64,000 nucleotides of DNA from a virus (IMGVR_UViG_2724679293_000007:32001-96000), one strand, 5' to 3'; counted from the first letter of the stretch, positions 19,062-30,362 are shown. The notes: generated by a model from the letters alone, not told the origin. Translations and numbers: made by a program.

Positions 19062-22000
19062 TCAACTCTCGCGTAGTCATTCATCAACGGATCATCAATT
19101 GACAGTGGCACCGTGCGCATAACGCCCGGTTGAGGCGTGCTGACCTTTACGACAGTTCCCTGGCCTTTCGCCGAGTCTTTAGTGTGCTCTTCAATCCTGG
19201 CAAGCAATGAGGTCATCTGCGCAAACAGCCGCTTCGTTTCACCATCAAGTGAAACGGTATTATCAGCCAACTGCATTGTCGGCTTGGCACCGGAGCCGCC
19301 AAGGTCACTAATAACCTGTCCGTCTATCTGCATACGACCGGTTGGTTGCTGCAAATCGTTGGCGGCAGTCGTCACCTGGGACGTGGAGGCTGGTTGAGGA
19401 GAATTATTTGAGCGCATTCCCCGGGCATTAATGAGTTTGTCATACAGCCCATCAATCCCCATTTGTGCACCGAGTTGGTCAAAGTAACTTGAGTTGTTTG
19501 CTACCGGACGTGCCTCTTCAACTGGCATAGGTGTATCAACATACACATTGCCAGCTGCCGTTGCGGTTCCCCTTCCTCGTGCACGTTCTTCGAGGGTTCC
19601 CTGAACGACTTCCCGACGCATCCCCCGGCCATTCATGAATTTGTTGACCAGATCGTTAACGCCAACAGCATTGCCGATTTTGTCTACCAGACCGCCTTTC
19701 TCAAACGGGCTATCACCAGGGGTAAACGCCAGGCCAGTAGACTGATCGATAACGGCGTTATCAGGCAGTGGTCCCCTCACTCCATATTGCGCCCCACCCT
19801 GTGCTCCTGCTCCAGGTGTATAGATTTCACCACCCAAATAGCGAGCACGATGAGTATTGACCTTGATCGCGTACTCACGGTTTTCTTTCGATAAGTCACC
19901 TGTGCCTTTTTTCCACTTATTGATAGTGCCAAACCCAGCGTTATATGCAGTGATGGCCTCGTTTAAGTCTCCATTGGCTTGCTTCAGATACTTGCTCATG
20001 AGAAGAGCCGCAGCTTCTGCCGATTTCACAGGATCAAATGCATCCGGTTCCGATATCCCTGTCTCTTTACGAGCAATACTCGTGAACTGGAACATCCCGA
20101 GTGCGCCACCACTTAACTTTCCATCTGGTGATCTTGTAAGCGGAGACTTTGCGTTAGGATCCCCTCCTGATTCAGTTGCAGCAATCGCGTAAAGAGTGCC
20201 TTCTGGAAGACCATATTTATTCTCTAGTTCAGCAAAATATGGAGCCAACTTATCGAGATTTGCCTTACCTTCAGCGCCAAGACTTCCTACTTTTACATCC
20301 AAGTTGCCATTGTTGTAGGTATCCGCAGCTTTCTGAATATCATTCCTGGTTCCAGTAGTATTACGCGACGATGATGACGAGCTATTTTGACCAATGGCTT
20401 TATCAATTTTCTGCAACGCGCGATTGCCCGTTTCTACGGCATTTGCATTGATAATCTGATTAGCAGTTTCTTTAACTGTTTTATTGCTATCTTTCGCCGT
20501 ATCTAAGGATGCATTTACAACACGAGTGACAATATTAGCCTTTTTAGGGGTATATTCAGTCTTAGGAGCATTGCCCTCCTGACGTTCTTTAGCAGGTGTT
20601 TTTAATTCAGGTGTAACCTCTTTCGCATCCGCTTTATTGACTAGCTTTGATGCAACCCAGGCCACAGGGGTGCTCTGAACAGCGGCATCAGCAACCTCAC
20701 CTGAAAGCTCTTTTGCGGCACTCCATAGATTACTGCCAGCCTCTTTAATGTATTTCCCCGGGTTCTTAATGAAATCAATTGCACTATCAATTGCATCACT
20801 GAAAACCTTTTTCAGGTTATCGACAGTAAAGAAGTCTTTGATGGCGTCTAATTTTTCGTTCAGACTCTTGGTTGTGTCACTGAACCAGGCTGAAATAGCA
20901 TCGCCAATCTTGGCTGTGTAATCGTTGAATGTTGTGGATATGGTGTCACCAAGGTTAGAAATGTATGTTTCTAAATTGGTAATCCCACTATCAATGGCCT
21001 GTGCAATACTTTCCGTCGAAAATGATTGCAACATATTGCCGATATCCTCAAATCCAAGTGATTTGAGAACGCCACCAATGGCACTGCTAATACCAGATAC
21101 CAGTCCTCCCATATCGAGAACGTTAGCCAGTGTATAAGCCGCTTTTTGCTGAAAAGATGGATCTTCCCCATCCTTAAGCCCAAAGGTCCGACGTTGTGCT
21201 TCTGTATCATTCCAACCGGTTACCGCATCATAGATACCTCCAACCACCGTGCCGACTAGCGGAATTGCGCGTAAAACCCCCTTTGCAAGTGCCTTAACAC
21301 CTAGTTTCCCCAATCCCTTAGTTGCAAGTTTTCCGGCACCGCGAGTAGCCAATTCGCCAGCTTCTTTGGCAGCAGCTTTTTTCCCACCAAAGCCCAATAA
21401 GCTTGCAACTTTTTTTATACCTAAAGCGCCTAGTGCCATCGAGCCAACTTTCTTTAGTGCCCCACGGCCAAAAATGAGGGAAGCAATACCACCGGCCCCC
21501 TTCCCTAACAGGCTAAATAATTTGGACAGCAAGCCGCCCTTCTTTTTCCCGGTGTTTTTGGCTATCTGATCAAGGGCGCTGAGAATCTTGTCATTGCCCT
21601 CTTTAATTTCGCTGGTCTGATCCTGAAGTTCCTGAACCGTCCGTTTTTGGGTGTTAACCTGAACGACATCGGCACTACTTTGCGATTTACGCCTAAAAAA
21701 ACCTTTTTTACGGCTGTTATCGTCATTGCCACGAATCACATCGGCAATAGACTTTCTGGCACCATTAAGCGATCCGCCAACTTCTTTTGATATCCCGCCA
21801 AGCTCTTTTCCCGCTGCCCACAATGGGCCAGCAACGGCATAACCTAAAGCATCGACGGCACGAGTCTCTGAAGGGTTACCTATACCTTCAGCTACTTTTG
21901 ACAGTTTTTTTAATAAACCTGATTCAGCATTTAGACGCTCATCATCCTCTTTGCGCCTGGTCTTTTCAGCGCGTTCAGCACGGGCATCTTCCGCTGCGGC

Positions 22001-22486
22001 CTTACTCCCTGACTTTCCAATAAAACGACCACGCGCATCGCGTTGGTTTTGGCTTTTTTGCGTACCGCCTTTTTGACCGAACATTTCGCGGGCGTGTTCG
22101 GCTGCTTCGGTCCGTTGCGCCTTTACATCTTCTGTTATAGCCTTCCTGCCTCGTTTTTTACCCTTTCGCGTAGTTGATTTGGCCTGCGGTTCCTGTAGAG
22201 CAACATCCTCCTGAACTACACGAGGAACGTCCCCTAAATTAAGCCGTTTCATTGCCTCAACAATAGGGTCCACTGATGGCGCATTGGCCACAAAGTCTGG
22301 CCGGGAATTTTCGATTGTGCGATTTAATGCCGACACACTGCGAGAGACAGGATCAACAGTTGCAACGCGTCCCCCTTTCAAATCTTCAACAGCTTCCCGG
22401 ATACCTGCAAGCTCTTCCAGCTCTTTTGCGCTGGCGGTTTCAACTGTCCTTATAACATCGTCAATGTTGGCGTTTTTTCTTTCCAT
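19058..22486 (-). CDS. sit: Sit-like structural injection transglycosylase / tape-measure-like protein (1142 aa)
   Basis: Lytic transglycosylase (SLT) motifs GALGMFQFTSIARKETG and AITAYNAGFGTINKW; long Gly/Ala/Lys-rich region. Confidence 0.8.
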   Translation of the reverse strand: MERKNANIDDVIRTVETASAKELEELAGIREAVEDLKGGRVATVDPVSRSVSALNRTIENSRPDFVANAPSVDPIVEAMKRLNLGDVPRVVQEDVALQEPQAKSTTRKGKKRGRKAITEDVKAQRTEAAEHAREMFGQKGGTQKSQNQRDARGRFIGKSGSKAAAEDARAERAEKTRRKEDDERLNAESGLLKKLSKVAEGIGNPSETRAVDALGYAVAGPLWAAGKELGGISKEVGGSLNGARKSIADVIRGNDDNSRKKGFFRRKSQSSADVVQVNTQKRTVQELQDQTSEIKEGNDKILSALDQIAKNTGKKKGGLLSKLFSLLGKGAGGIASLIFGRGALKKVGSMALGALGIKKVASLLGFGGKKAAAKEAGELATRGAGKLATKGLGKLGVKALAKGVLRAIPLVGTVVGGIYDAVTGWNDTEAQRRTFGLKDGEDPSFQQKAAYTLANVLDMGGLVSGISSAIGGVLKSLGFEDIGNMLQSFSTESIAQAIDSGITNLETYISNLGDTISTTFNDYTAKIGDAISAWFSDTTKSLNEKLDAIKDFFTVDNLKKVFSDAIDSAIDFIKNPGKYIKEAGSNLWSAAKELSGEVADAAVQSTPVAWVASKLVNKADAKEVTPELKTPAKERQEGNAPKTEYTPKKANIVTRVVNASLDTAKDSNKTVKETANQIINANAVETGNRALQKIDKAIGQNSSSSSSRNTTGTRNDIQKAADTYNNGNLDVKVGSLGAEGKANLDKLAPYFAELENKYGLPEGTLYAIAATESGGDPNAKSPLTRSPDGKLSGGALGMFQFTSIARKETGISEPDAFDPVKSAEAAALLMSKYLKQANGDLNEAITAYNAGFGTINKWKKGTGDLSKENREYAIKVNTHRARYLGGEIYTPGAGAQGGAQYGVRGPLPDNAVIDQSTGLAFTPGDSPFEKGGLVDKIGNAVGVNDLVNKFMNGRGMRREVVQGTLEERARGRGTATAAGNVYVDTPMPVEEARPVANNSSYFDQLGAQMGIDGLYDKLINARGMRSNNSPQPASTSQVTTAANDLQQPTGRMQIDGQVISDLGGSGAKPTMQLADNTVSLDGETKRLFAQMTSLLARIEEHTKDSAKGQGTVVKVSTPQPGVMRTVPLSIDDPLMNDYARVD

Positions 22487-22567
22487 GATCTTATCGCCTA
22501 CCGTTTCGGTTTAAGTTTTTCTTCCAGTTTCTCCAACAGGAAAAACGCATAGGATTCAGTAAGCCTT

Positions 22568-23449
22568 TCAGCGTCCTGAATCGGTATACCCCCATACAAA
22601 ACCAGGTTGGACACTAAGGTCTGATAGCTTTTCAATCCCCACCTGTGGAATGAAGTCGGTAGCCCGAAAGGGCACCCACAGACGGGTATATGCACCCTCT
22701 GTGGACTCCTTTTTATCCTGATTTGGGCATTTATGCGGCGGGAGACGAAGACGCATTTCACCTTTATCGATGTAGCACGGTAAACCATGTTCGAGCTTTT
22801 CATGAGCCAGTCGGATGTGTGCCGCCAGCTTCATAAATTCAGTATCAATGGCCATCCGTTTAATCGTTTCATAACGACGCTCAGCCTGATCTTCACGAGT
22901 ACCGCTAACATCGTTATAAAGCTCACACTGATAAGCGAATTCCCAAAAACGCAAATCAACGATCGCTTCTTTGAATTCCGCGTCGTCTTCAGGTGGCAAT
23001 GCTGCACGGCGCATCTCCAGCATTTCCATTGCCCAACCATCAAGCGGCACGATACGCCATTGATAAGGTACTCCCTCTACAGACACCTCAATATCGTCAA
23101 TGAAAGGTTCCACTTCCAGGACCTGGATATCTTCAGCCAGAGCATTCATATCACAATCGTAATAATGCTCTTTACCACAATGTTTACAGGTGTAGGTGAA
23201 TGTCTCGACCGGTGTTTCACGGGAGCCGGTAAATATCCACCATAACGCGGTAATCCGGTCCTGCGCCGTCCATGTCAGGGGATCATGTTTCGCGGGTTCA
23301 GCCAGCAAGGCTTTTAAATACGCCGTTGTCTGTTGTTCTTGTTCCTCCGGTGTTATCGAGTTGAAACGCATCGCATCAGCAATATTTGGCTGACGGAACT
23401 GGATCAATTCAGTTGGCCGCGATGGTAGCGGGAAAAGAGGTAAAAGCAT
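22568..23449 (-). CDS. Morphogenetic protein (293 aa)
   Basis: ORF; contains CKHCGKEHYYDC. Confidence 0.4.
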   Translation of the reverse strand: MLLPLFPLPSRPTELIQFRQPNIADAMRFNSITPEEQEQQTTAYLKALLAEPAKHDPLTWTAQDRITALWWIFTGSRETPVETFTYTCKHCGKEHYYDCDMNALAEDIQVLEVEPFIDDIEVSVEGVPYQWRIVPLDGWAMEMLEMRRAALPPEDDAEFKEAIVDLRFWEFAYQCELYNDVSGTREDQAERRYETIKRMAIDTEFMKLAAHIRLAHEKLEHGLPCYIDKGEMRLRLPPHKCPNQDKKESTEGAYTRLWVPFRATDFIPQVGIEKLSDLSVQPGFVWGYTDSGR

Positions 23450-23463
23450 CCTTGCTCCTTAAT

Positions 23464-24075
23464 TCAAAGAGAAAAGCTAAAGCCCAGAAGGGAAGCCAAA
23501 GAACTTGAGGATTGGTTAAACGTGCTGTGCAATGCGAAGGTCATTGGGAATGACTTAAATTCAGTAACCTGATCTCGCGCATAGGTGACATCGCCGGTAG
23601 TGACCGGGAATACCGTCATCTCATTTTCCAGTTTGGTTAAACCGGAAGACAGTAACCGATAAATACGCACATTGAGCAAATATTTAGACGGTATATTCCC
23701 GGTACCGTCCGGATTGATCACCCGACTTTTTGCCGTCTTAAACCAGTCCAAAACGAGGCCATCAACGGTATCCCTGACCATCATTGTTATCTGCCCAGGC
23801 GAACGCTCCGTTGGTTGAAGGATATTCCCTCCGCCGATTTTAATCGTTTCATATTCGATGCTGTAATCGTGGTAGGTAATATCTTTGGCAAAGAAGTCTG
23901 CCCCCTCCAGTCCATCAACTTCGACAGAGAACTGCCATCCTTGCGCGAACAACATTTTGTTCATGATGATTGACGTCAGCTTACCAACTTCCCGCTCACC
24001 AACGCCGGAGCCAAATAATGTCGTCGTTAATGCCGAAGATACATAAGACTTTACTGATGCAACATTAAGTCCCAT
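23464..24075 (-). CDS. Probable tail tube protein (203 aa)
   Basis: Size and position (P1 tub position, from memory). Confidence 0.4.
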   Translation of the reverse strand: MGLNVASVKSYVSSALTTTLFGSGVGEREVGKLTSIIMNKMLFAQGWQFSVEVDGLEGADFFAKDITYHDYSIEYETIKIGGGNILQPTERSPGQITMMVRDTVDGLVLDWFKTAKSRVINPDGTGNIPSKYLLNVRIYRLLSSGLTKLENEMTVFPVTTGDVTYARDQVTEFKSFPMTFALHSTFNQSSSSLASLLGFSFSL

Positions 24076-24085
24076 ATCAACGACC

Positions 24086-24676
<591 letters not shown>

Positions 24677-24805
24677 TTACCCGATTCTACGAGTTGTCAT
24701 TTGTTACCGGTCAGTCTACACATTTCAGATGCTGCGTTAAAAAACCCAAGTACTTCAAGTAGCACATCGTCATCAACACCCAGCCCCAAGATACGGTGAT
24801 AAAAT

Positions 24806-25873
24806 TCAAGCCTTAAGAGGCTTTGTGTATGTTCGTGTAATCCATCCAGTAATAAACTCGTCCCCTGATTTAACCTGCACGAAAAGCCATTGGCGATCTT
24901 TTTTATCTAAAACAGCCACTATAGTATTTTTGCCAATGCATTCAATCACCTCACTATTTATAGAAGGACTGACGTGTAATCTTACGTTCTCACCAGTTAT
25001 AAAACGAAAACCATTGAGATCTTCCCAACTAATTTCTTTGTTTTCTTTAATTAATTGTTGTTTTGATATTGGTTTATCCTCAAACAGAGATATAAAATAT
25101 GATTCTGCCTTGTGTATTCCCAGCAAGGTTTTCTCTTTTCCGTAATCAATAAAAGCACCAAACACAACTTGAGAAAATATAACCATTAGTAACCATTGCA
25201 GTGGATAAGGAAGCTCTTTAAATGAATCAACAAACTTTGAGCTAGGTTTATTTAATCCTTTATTTTGAACATTACTTTTGGTGTGTGATGTTTCAGTAGC
25301 ACCTTCAGCATAAGCCTGCGCAATAGATGAAATCCCCTGCTCTATTATTTGATGTAATGAAGCATTTCTTGTTCTAGCATAGTGATCTAGTACTTTCTTT
25401 ATGTCTTGGCTTACATCTGTTTTATAACTTGCACTTTGTTGTAATTCTTTAAGTATCGCTTGCATGTTATTTAAACCAGCTTGCTTATTAAGCACCTCAA
25501 GCTGTTTTCGTAATGGCATAGCTATTTCGGCCTGTTTCCTTAGCATTTGAATATATCTATTTGCGTCATGAGGGAAAAGAGCCTGAGTCTGTTTCTGTAA
25601 AATCGCGATATGTTCACGATACTTGCTGCCTATTCCAGCCAAGTTCGGCATACTAGCCAATTGTTTTCGAAGAGAGTTACTAATTACAGCTTGTCTATTC
25701 AATCTTGTCATATTTTGAAAAGAATGTTTTTCTATTCCTAATTGTTTTTGCAAGATCGCTACGTGATCTTTGTATGATGGAATGAGCACTGACTGTTTAT
25801 ACAGTAACTTCAACTCATTAGAATTAGTAATTTTTGTCATATTATTCCATTTATATAATAGAATATTACGCAA
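24806..25873 (-). CDS. Hypothetical membrane protein (355 aa): internal repeats, one TM helix, C-terminal SH3b-like segment
   Basis: AT-rich; repeats HVAILQKQ / EHIAILQKQ / RYIQMLRKQ; TM LQWLLMVIFSQVVFGAFI; C-terminal beta-rich domain. Confidence 0.5.
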   Translation of the reverse strand: MRNILLYKWNNMTKITNSNELKLLYKQSVLIPSYKDHVAILQKQLGIEKHSFQNMTRLNRQAVISNSLRKQLASMPNLAGIGSKYREHIAILQKQTQALFPHDANRYIQMLRKQAEIAMPLRKQLEVLNKQAGLNNMQAILKELQQSASYKTDVSQDIKKVLDHYARTRNASLHQIIEQGISSIAQAYAEGATETSHTKSNVQNKGLNKPSSKFVDSFKELPYPLQWLLMVIFSQVVFGAFIDYGKEKTLLGIHKAESYFISLFEDKPISKQQLIKENKEISWEDLNGFRFITGENVRLHVSPSINSEVIECIGKNTIVAVLDKKDRQWLFVQVKSGDEFITGWITRTYTKPLKA

Positions 25874-25914
25874 CCAATGTTTTATTGATTGCGTTAATCT
25901 TTAACACAGAAAGA

Positions 25915-26391
25915 TCATTTGCCTCGTTTAATACATCCATCCATTTTGGCTTGTTGATACAACTTACTTAGCCCAGAAAGAGGGAATGTAGCAATTTTTT
26001 CATTATCAACATAAGCATCAATCATATTAGCATTTGAATCTGCTGCATCTTGCCAAAAGGCATACCACCAAGAATCTCCAACCATTGATCCAAGATTGCT
26101 AAAAGGATATTGCTCACCATCTATAGTTAATACTATTTTATTCTTGTCAGCATTATACTCTTTTTTATTATTCGACGAACTTAGCAACAAGCCTAAACTA
26201 CCTGCACTATCTGGTGAACCATACATGAATCCCATATCACATAAAAAACTTATCTTATCACCATTATGATTATGGATTGTATATTCTCTCCCCCCTCTCT
26301 CTTCAATTACATTCCATTGTAGAGGATCAATTTTTGCAAATGTTCCTGCTGAAACTAACGATACAAATAATAAAAACCATCTCATATTCAT
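25915..26391 (-). CDS. Secreted/periplasmic protein (158 aa) with signal peptide
   Basis: N-terminal MNMRWFLLFVSLVSAGTFA; AT-rich. Confidence 0.5.
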   Translation of the reverse strand: MNMRWFLLFVSLVSAGTFAKIDPLQWNVIEERGGREYTIHNHNGDKISFLCDMGFMYGSPDSAGSLGLLLSSSNNKKEYNADKNKIVLTIDGEQYPFSNLGSMVGDSWWYAFWQDAADSNANMIDAYVDNEKIATFPLSGLSKLYQQAKMDGCIKRGK

Positions 26392-26413
26392 TCTTTTCGC
26401 TTCTTATCTGTAA

Positions 26414-26764
26414 TTATTCTGCAATATCATTTGCCCATTGCACGGCAGCAAAATGAGTACCCAAACCACTCAGGAAAGCAATTACCCCCAAAACAATACT
26501 TGCTGCTGTTGATTCAAACAAAGTACCAATACTATAGCCAATAGCTCCCCATACTAAGCTAAATACAATCATCAATGGTATTGCCAGAAATTTTATTCTT
26601 AAACTAAAAATCAGTCCAAGAAAAGAACCGCCAAAGGCCCACCATGATTTAGACATTAAACCTATCAGTATTGACAGAATTCCTATTTCAATAAAGAGAA
26701 TATTAGATTGCTCTTCATTGAATTTCGCATTTGTTACACCTTTACGAACATGTTCAGATGACAT
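26414..26764 (-). CDS. Small inner-membrane protein (116 aa, about 3 TM)
   Basis: Hydrophobic segments; AT-rich; first gene of the module. Confidence 0.5.
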   Translation of the reverse strand: MSSEHVRKGVTNAKFNEEQSNILFIEIGILSILIGLMSKSWWAFGGSFLGLIFSLRIKFLAIPLMIVFSLVWGAIGYSIGTLFESTAASIVLGVIAFLSGLGTHFAAVQWANDIAE

Positions 26765-26910
26765 GATTAACTATCTCCTGCCACAGATAAAACGCCTTAA
26801 AATAACATTTTGTAGCATAAAGTTTCACCATGCAATGGTCAAAATCTTTGACCCATATCAATTAAACTCATACATTTTAGTTACCAGGGAAATAATTTAC
26901 ATGGTTGCAA

Positions 26911-26927
26911 GTTGCTCTAATTATTTT
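26911..26927 (+). promoter_or_regulatory. C1-operator-like box upstream of immI (Op51-like?)
   Basis: gttgctctaattatttt, 14/17 match to ATTGCTCTAATAAATTT; embedded in an AT-rich promoter-like region. Confidence 0.4.
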
Positions 26928-27104
26928 ATTTTTTTAGCTTCATATGCTACATTAACTTGCTTGCGTGCTAATGCATTTTCGGTTTATCCTAAACAGGCAT
27001 CTTAGTAAAACGGATGCCGGGATTGGAACCCCGGATAATGCAAAAGGCGACACAGACGCCAAAAGCGTCTTTTTTTGTGTCATGCCATCGCACAGCCATA
27101 CGTA

Positions 27105-27200
27105 GCACATAGCTCCGAGATCAATGGTAGTGCTGGCTGGGCTGCCGAAAGGCAGGCCGGTTCCCTTTTGCGCCGGTAGTTCCAACCCAGTCAGTGCTAC
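27105..27200 (+). ncRNA. Candidate c4-type antisense RNA region (boundaries approximate)
   Basis: agttccaacc at about 27180 is complementary to two gattggaacc targets (27022 and 27210), the latter just 5' of the icd Shine-Dalgarno. Confidence 0.3.
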
Positions 27201-27261
27201 CGCCATTGAGATTGGAACCTCACGCGGTAGCTCCTTAAATTAGCAAAAGGAGGCTGCCATT

Positions 27262-27483
27262 GTGGCTACTATCCCTACCCCTACTCATCCTGAATTTATC
27301 TGGCGCTTTTACTCCTGCCAAAAACACCACTATCACTTCGTTATCGCAGCAACAGAAGACGAAGCACGCTCTCAATTGCCTGATGGCCCCTGCATTTTTA
27401 CTGCCCGTTTTTCAACTAACTCGCGCAATTCACTTAGTTACTGGAACCTCCCCTTCTCTGCCGACGTTCAGGGGGGTTTATGA
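27262..27483 (+). CDS. icd: Icd-like small protein (73 aa), translationally coupled to ant
   Basis: GTG start after AAAAGGAGG; stop overlaps the ant start. Confidence 0.55.
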   Translation: MATIPTPTHPEFIWRFYSCQKHHYHFVIAATEDEARSQLPDGPCIFTARFSTNSRNSLSYWNLPFSADVQGGL

Positions 27484-28523
27484 AAAAACCTCTCGTCACC
27501 CGGAATGAAATAGCCGAAGCGATCGCCCTGCATACTGCCTGTATGCCGACACGGGAGATCCCCGGCGCAATTGCCAACTATTTCATGATAACCAAGCGTT
27601 TTTATACCCGGATAGATAAGGCTGTGATCAACAGGCTACTGATAGCCGAGATCAGGGATTATTTGATTGAACAAGGACGTCTACGTTACGCAACAGTGGC
27701 AGCAGAAATGAGAAAGGAGGCACATAGAATGACCGGTAATAATTTGAATGTTGAAAAACCAGCACCTGTTGCTTCAGCTACGCCAGCACCAGCCGTGAAT
27801 GTCATCCCCAACACCGGAGACACAATCGACAGCCAAACATTGTTGAAGATGGTCAATGAGGCACGCAAGTTATGTGGAGAACCATTGGTTAGAAACAATA
27901 AATTCATCGAAAAAATACTCGACGAATTAGAAGGTGAGGACGGTTACACAAAAAGTGCAACCGTGCCGCCAGGTGGCGGTACGCCTATGGTTGTCATAAC
28001 CATGACCTACAAACAAGCCCTGCGAGTTGCCGCGCGCGAGTCAAAAGCGGTCCGCCGTTCGCTGATCGACAAACTGGAAGAATTGCAGCAGGCAAACTCC
28101 CCTGCCCCATCGATCCCCCAAACATTACCAGAAGCCCTACGCCTGGCTGCCGAGTTAGCAGAACAGAAAATGCAGTTGGAACAACAGCTGGTGGCCGCAG
28201 CCCCTAAAGTCGATTTTGCCGACCGGGTATCAGTGGCCAATGGAATCCTGATCGGGAACTTTGCAAAGGTCGTTGGACTTAAGCAAAACGCCCTTTTCTC
28301 ATGGTTGCGCCAGAACGGCATTCTCATGGCTTTTGGTGCGCGCAAAAACGTACCGCGCCAGCAGTACATTAATGCCGGGTATTTCACGGTGAAAGAAGTG
28401 GTGCTGGATGATGAAAATGGCTACCAGATACGGCTGACGCCCCAATTAACGGGTAAAGGCCAGCAGTGGTTAACTCGCAAGCTACTTGATGCTGGTTTGT
28501 TAAAACCAGTAGCAATAGGTTAA
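27480..28523 (+). CDS. ant1: Antirepressor Ant (347 aa) with C-terminal KilA-C/ANT domain
   Basis: C-terminal domain PQTLPEALRLAAELAEQK...NGILIGNFAKVVGL...TGKGQQWL is shared with the downstream KilA-like protein. Confidence 0.7.
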   Translation: MKKPLVTRNEIAEAIALHTACMPTREIPGAIANYFMITKRFYTRIDKAVINRLLIAEIRDYLIEQGRLRYATVAAEMRKEAHRMTGNNLNVEKPAPVASATPAPAVNVIPNTGDTIDSQTLLKMVNEARKLCGEPLVRNNKFIEKILDELEGEDGYTKSATVPPGGGTPMVVITMTYKQALRVAARESKAVRRSLIDKLEELQQANSPAPSIPQTLPEALRLAAELAEQKMQLEQQLVAAAPKVDFADRVSVANGILIGNFAKVVGLKQNALFSWLRQNGILMAFGARKNVPRQQYINAGYFTVKEVVLDDENGYQIRLTPQLTGKGQQWLTRKLLDAGLLKPVAIG

Positions 28524-28600
28524 TAAAAGAAAAAACCTGCCAGCAAACTGGCAGGTTTCTGAGCAGATCGTCCAACCCGATCTGGATCGAGTTAGAAAAA

Positions 28601-28617
28601 TTTGCTCTAATAAATTT
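28601..28617 (+). promoter_or_regulatory. C1 operator upstream of kilA-repL (Op53-like)
   Basis: tttgctctaataaattt, 16/17 consensus match, about 70 bp upstream of the kilA start. Confidence 0.65.
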
Positions 28618-28686
28618 CGTTTTCTAAGTGCAAAGAATCACCATTTCGAGCTGGTGATTGAAGGTTGATGCAAATTTGGAGAAAAA

Positions 28687-29487
28687 ATGCAACAAACATT
28701 CAATGCGGATATGAATATATCAAACCTTCATCAAAATGTCGATCCTTCAACCACTCTGCCCGTTATTTGTGGTGTTGAAATTACGACCGACCGCGCTGGC
28801 CGTTACAACCTTAATGCTCTACACAGAGCGAGCGGACTCGGTGCCCATAAAGCGCCAGCTCAATGGCTAAGAACGCTGTCAGCTAAACAGCTCATCGAAG
28901 AGCTTGAAAAAGAAACTATGCAGAATTGCATAGTTTCGTTCGAAGGCCGTGGCGGCGGCACTTTTGCCCATGAATTGCTCGCTGTGGAGTACGCAGGCTG
29001 GATTTCTCCCGCGTTTCGGCTGAAGGTAAACCAGACATTTATCGACTATCGAGCTGGAAGATTACAACCTGCTATTCCGCAGAGTCTCCCTGAAGCTCTC
29101 CGTTTGGCTGCCGACCTGGCAGAGCAAAAGCAACGGCTGGAGCAAAAAATGCTTATGGATGCACCTAAAGTCGAATTCGCCGAACGCGTTGCTACCGCCA
29201 GCGGGGTTCTAATCGGCAACTATGCCAAAGTGCTCGGCCTGGGCCAAAACTATCTCTTCACCTGGTTGCGTGATAACGGAATTCTGATCGCAACCGGAGA
29301 ACGCAGGAACGTCCCCAAACAAGAATACATCTCCCGTGGGTATTTCCCCCTTAAAGAAACCGTGATCGATACAAGCAATGGAAGCAGGATTTCTTTCACG
29401 ACTCGTATAACCGGCAAAGGTCAGCAGTGGCTGATGAAGCGATTGCTTGATGCTGGTGTGCTGGTACCTGTCGCGGCAACGCGCTAA
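28687..29487 (+). CDS. kilA: KilA (266 aa; KilA-N plus KilA-C domains)
   Basis: Domain architecture and position immediately upstream of repL. Confidence 0.75.
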   Translation: MQQTFNADMNISNLHQNVDPSTTLPVICGVEITTDRAGRYNLNALHRASGLGAHKAPAQWLRTLSAKQLIEELEKETMQNCIVSFEGRGGGTFAHELLAVEYAGWISPAFRLKVNQTFIDYRAGRLQPAIPQSLPEALRLAADLAEQKQRLEQKMLMDAPKVEFAERVATASGVLIGNYAKVLGLGQNYLFTWLRDNGILIATGERRNVPKQEYISRGYFPLKETVIDTSNGSRISFTTRITGKGQQWLMKRLLDAGVLVPVAATR

Positions 29488-29516
29488 CAGACGTAGTAAG
29501 AACCACCAGCATTGTA

Positions 29517-30362
29517 ATGCTGGCTAAAGTCACTTTCCTGAGCTGTATAACGATGAGCGATTTTACTTTTTCTGGCTATGAATTGGCCTGCTTTGTAACA
29601 CACTCCGGTCTATCCCGTAGCGCCGGGCATATCCTGTCGCAATGTGCAAATCTCGCGGCAACAACCAGTGAATACTTCATTCACAAGCCTCACCGCCTGA
29701 TCGCGGCAGAAACTGGTTATAGCCAATCAACCGTCGTTCGTGCATTCCGTGAAGCTGTAAACAAAGGAATCCTGTCTGTAGAGATTGTTATCGGCGATCA
29801 CCGTGAACGTCGCGCTAACCTGTACCGGTTTACACCATCCTTTTTGGCCTTCGCACAACAAGCCAAAAATGCGCTGATTGAAAGCAAATTAAAGATCTCT
29901 TCAGCGGCAACCAAGGTTAAAGCTGTTCTCGCTAAGACATTGGCTTTATTTAATTTTTTATCCACACCCCCATGTCAAAATGATACCCCCTCCCCCTGTC
30001 AGGATGACGTGGCAATAAAGAATAAGAAGTCACAAGTTAAAAAAACAAAAAGATCAGTTTCCGGCGGTGCCGGAACGAGCAGACTCAAAAAATTGACTTC
30101 ATGGATCGCTGAGGCAAAAGCAAAGGCTGACAATCTGCGGTTATCCAAAAAACGCGCTCAAAAACATGAGTTCAAGCAGAAAGTAGAGGCGGCAGCGCGG
30201 AAATATGCTTACCTGAAGAACAAGCGTTCTCCTGATATTTGCGGGATATCAAACTTCGATAATCTGCCGCATTGCATGACGGTAAACAAAGCTCTTAATG
30301 CGGTTTTAGCCAAAAATAAAGATAACGAACAATGGGGTATACCGGCAGGATTCAGAGGGTGA
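29517..30362 (+). CDS. repL: RepL lytic-replicon initiator (281 aa)
   Basis: Sequence and size as recalled for P1 RepL; follows kilA. Confidence 0.75.
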   Translation: MLAKVTFLSCITMSDFTFSGYELACFVTHSGLSRSAGHILSQCANLAATTSEYFIHKPHRLIAAETGYSQSTVVRAFREAVNKGILSVEIVIGDHRERRANLYRFTPSFLAFAQQAKNALIESKLKISSAATKVKAVLAKTLALFNFLSTPPCQNDTPSPCQDDVAIKNKKSQVKKTKRSVSGGAGTSRLKKLTSWIAEAKAKADNLRLSKKRAQKHEFKQKVEAAARKYAYLKNKRSPDICGISNFDNLPHCMTVNKALNAVLAKNKDNEQWGIPAGFRG

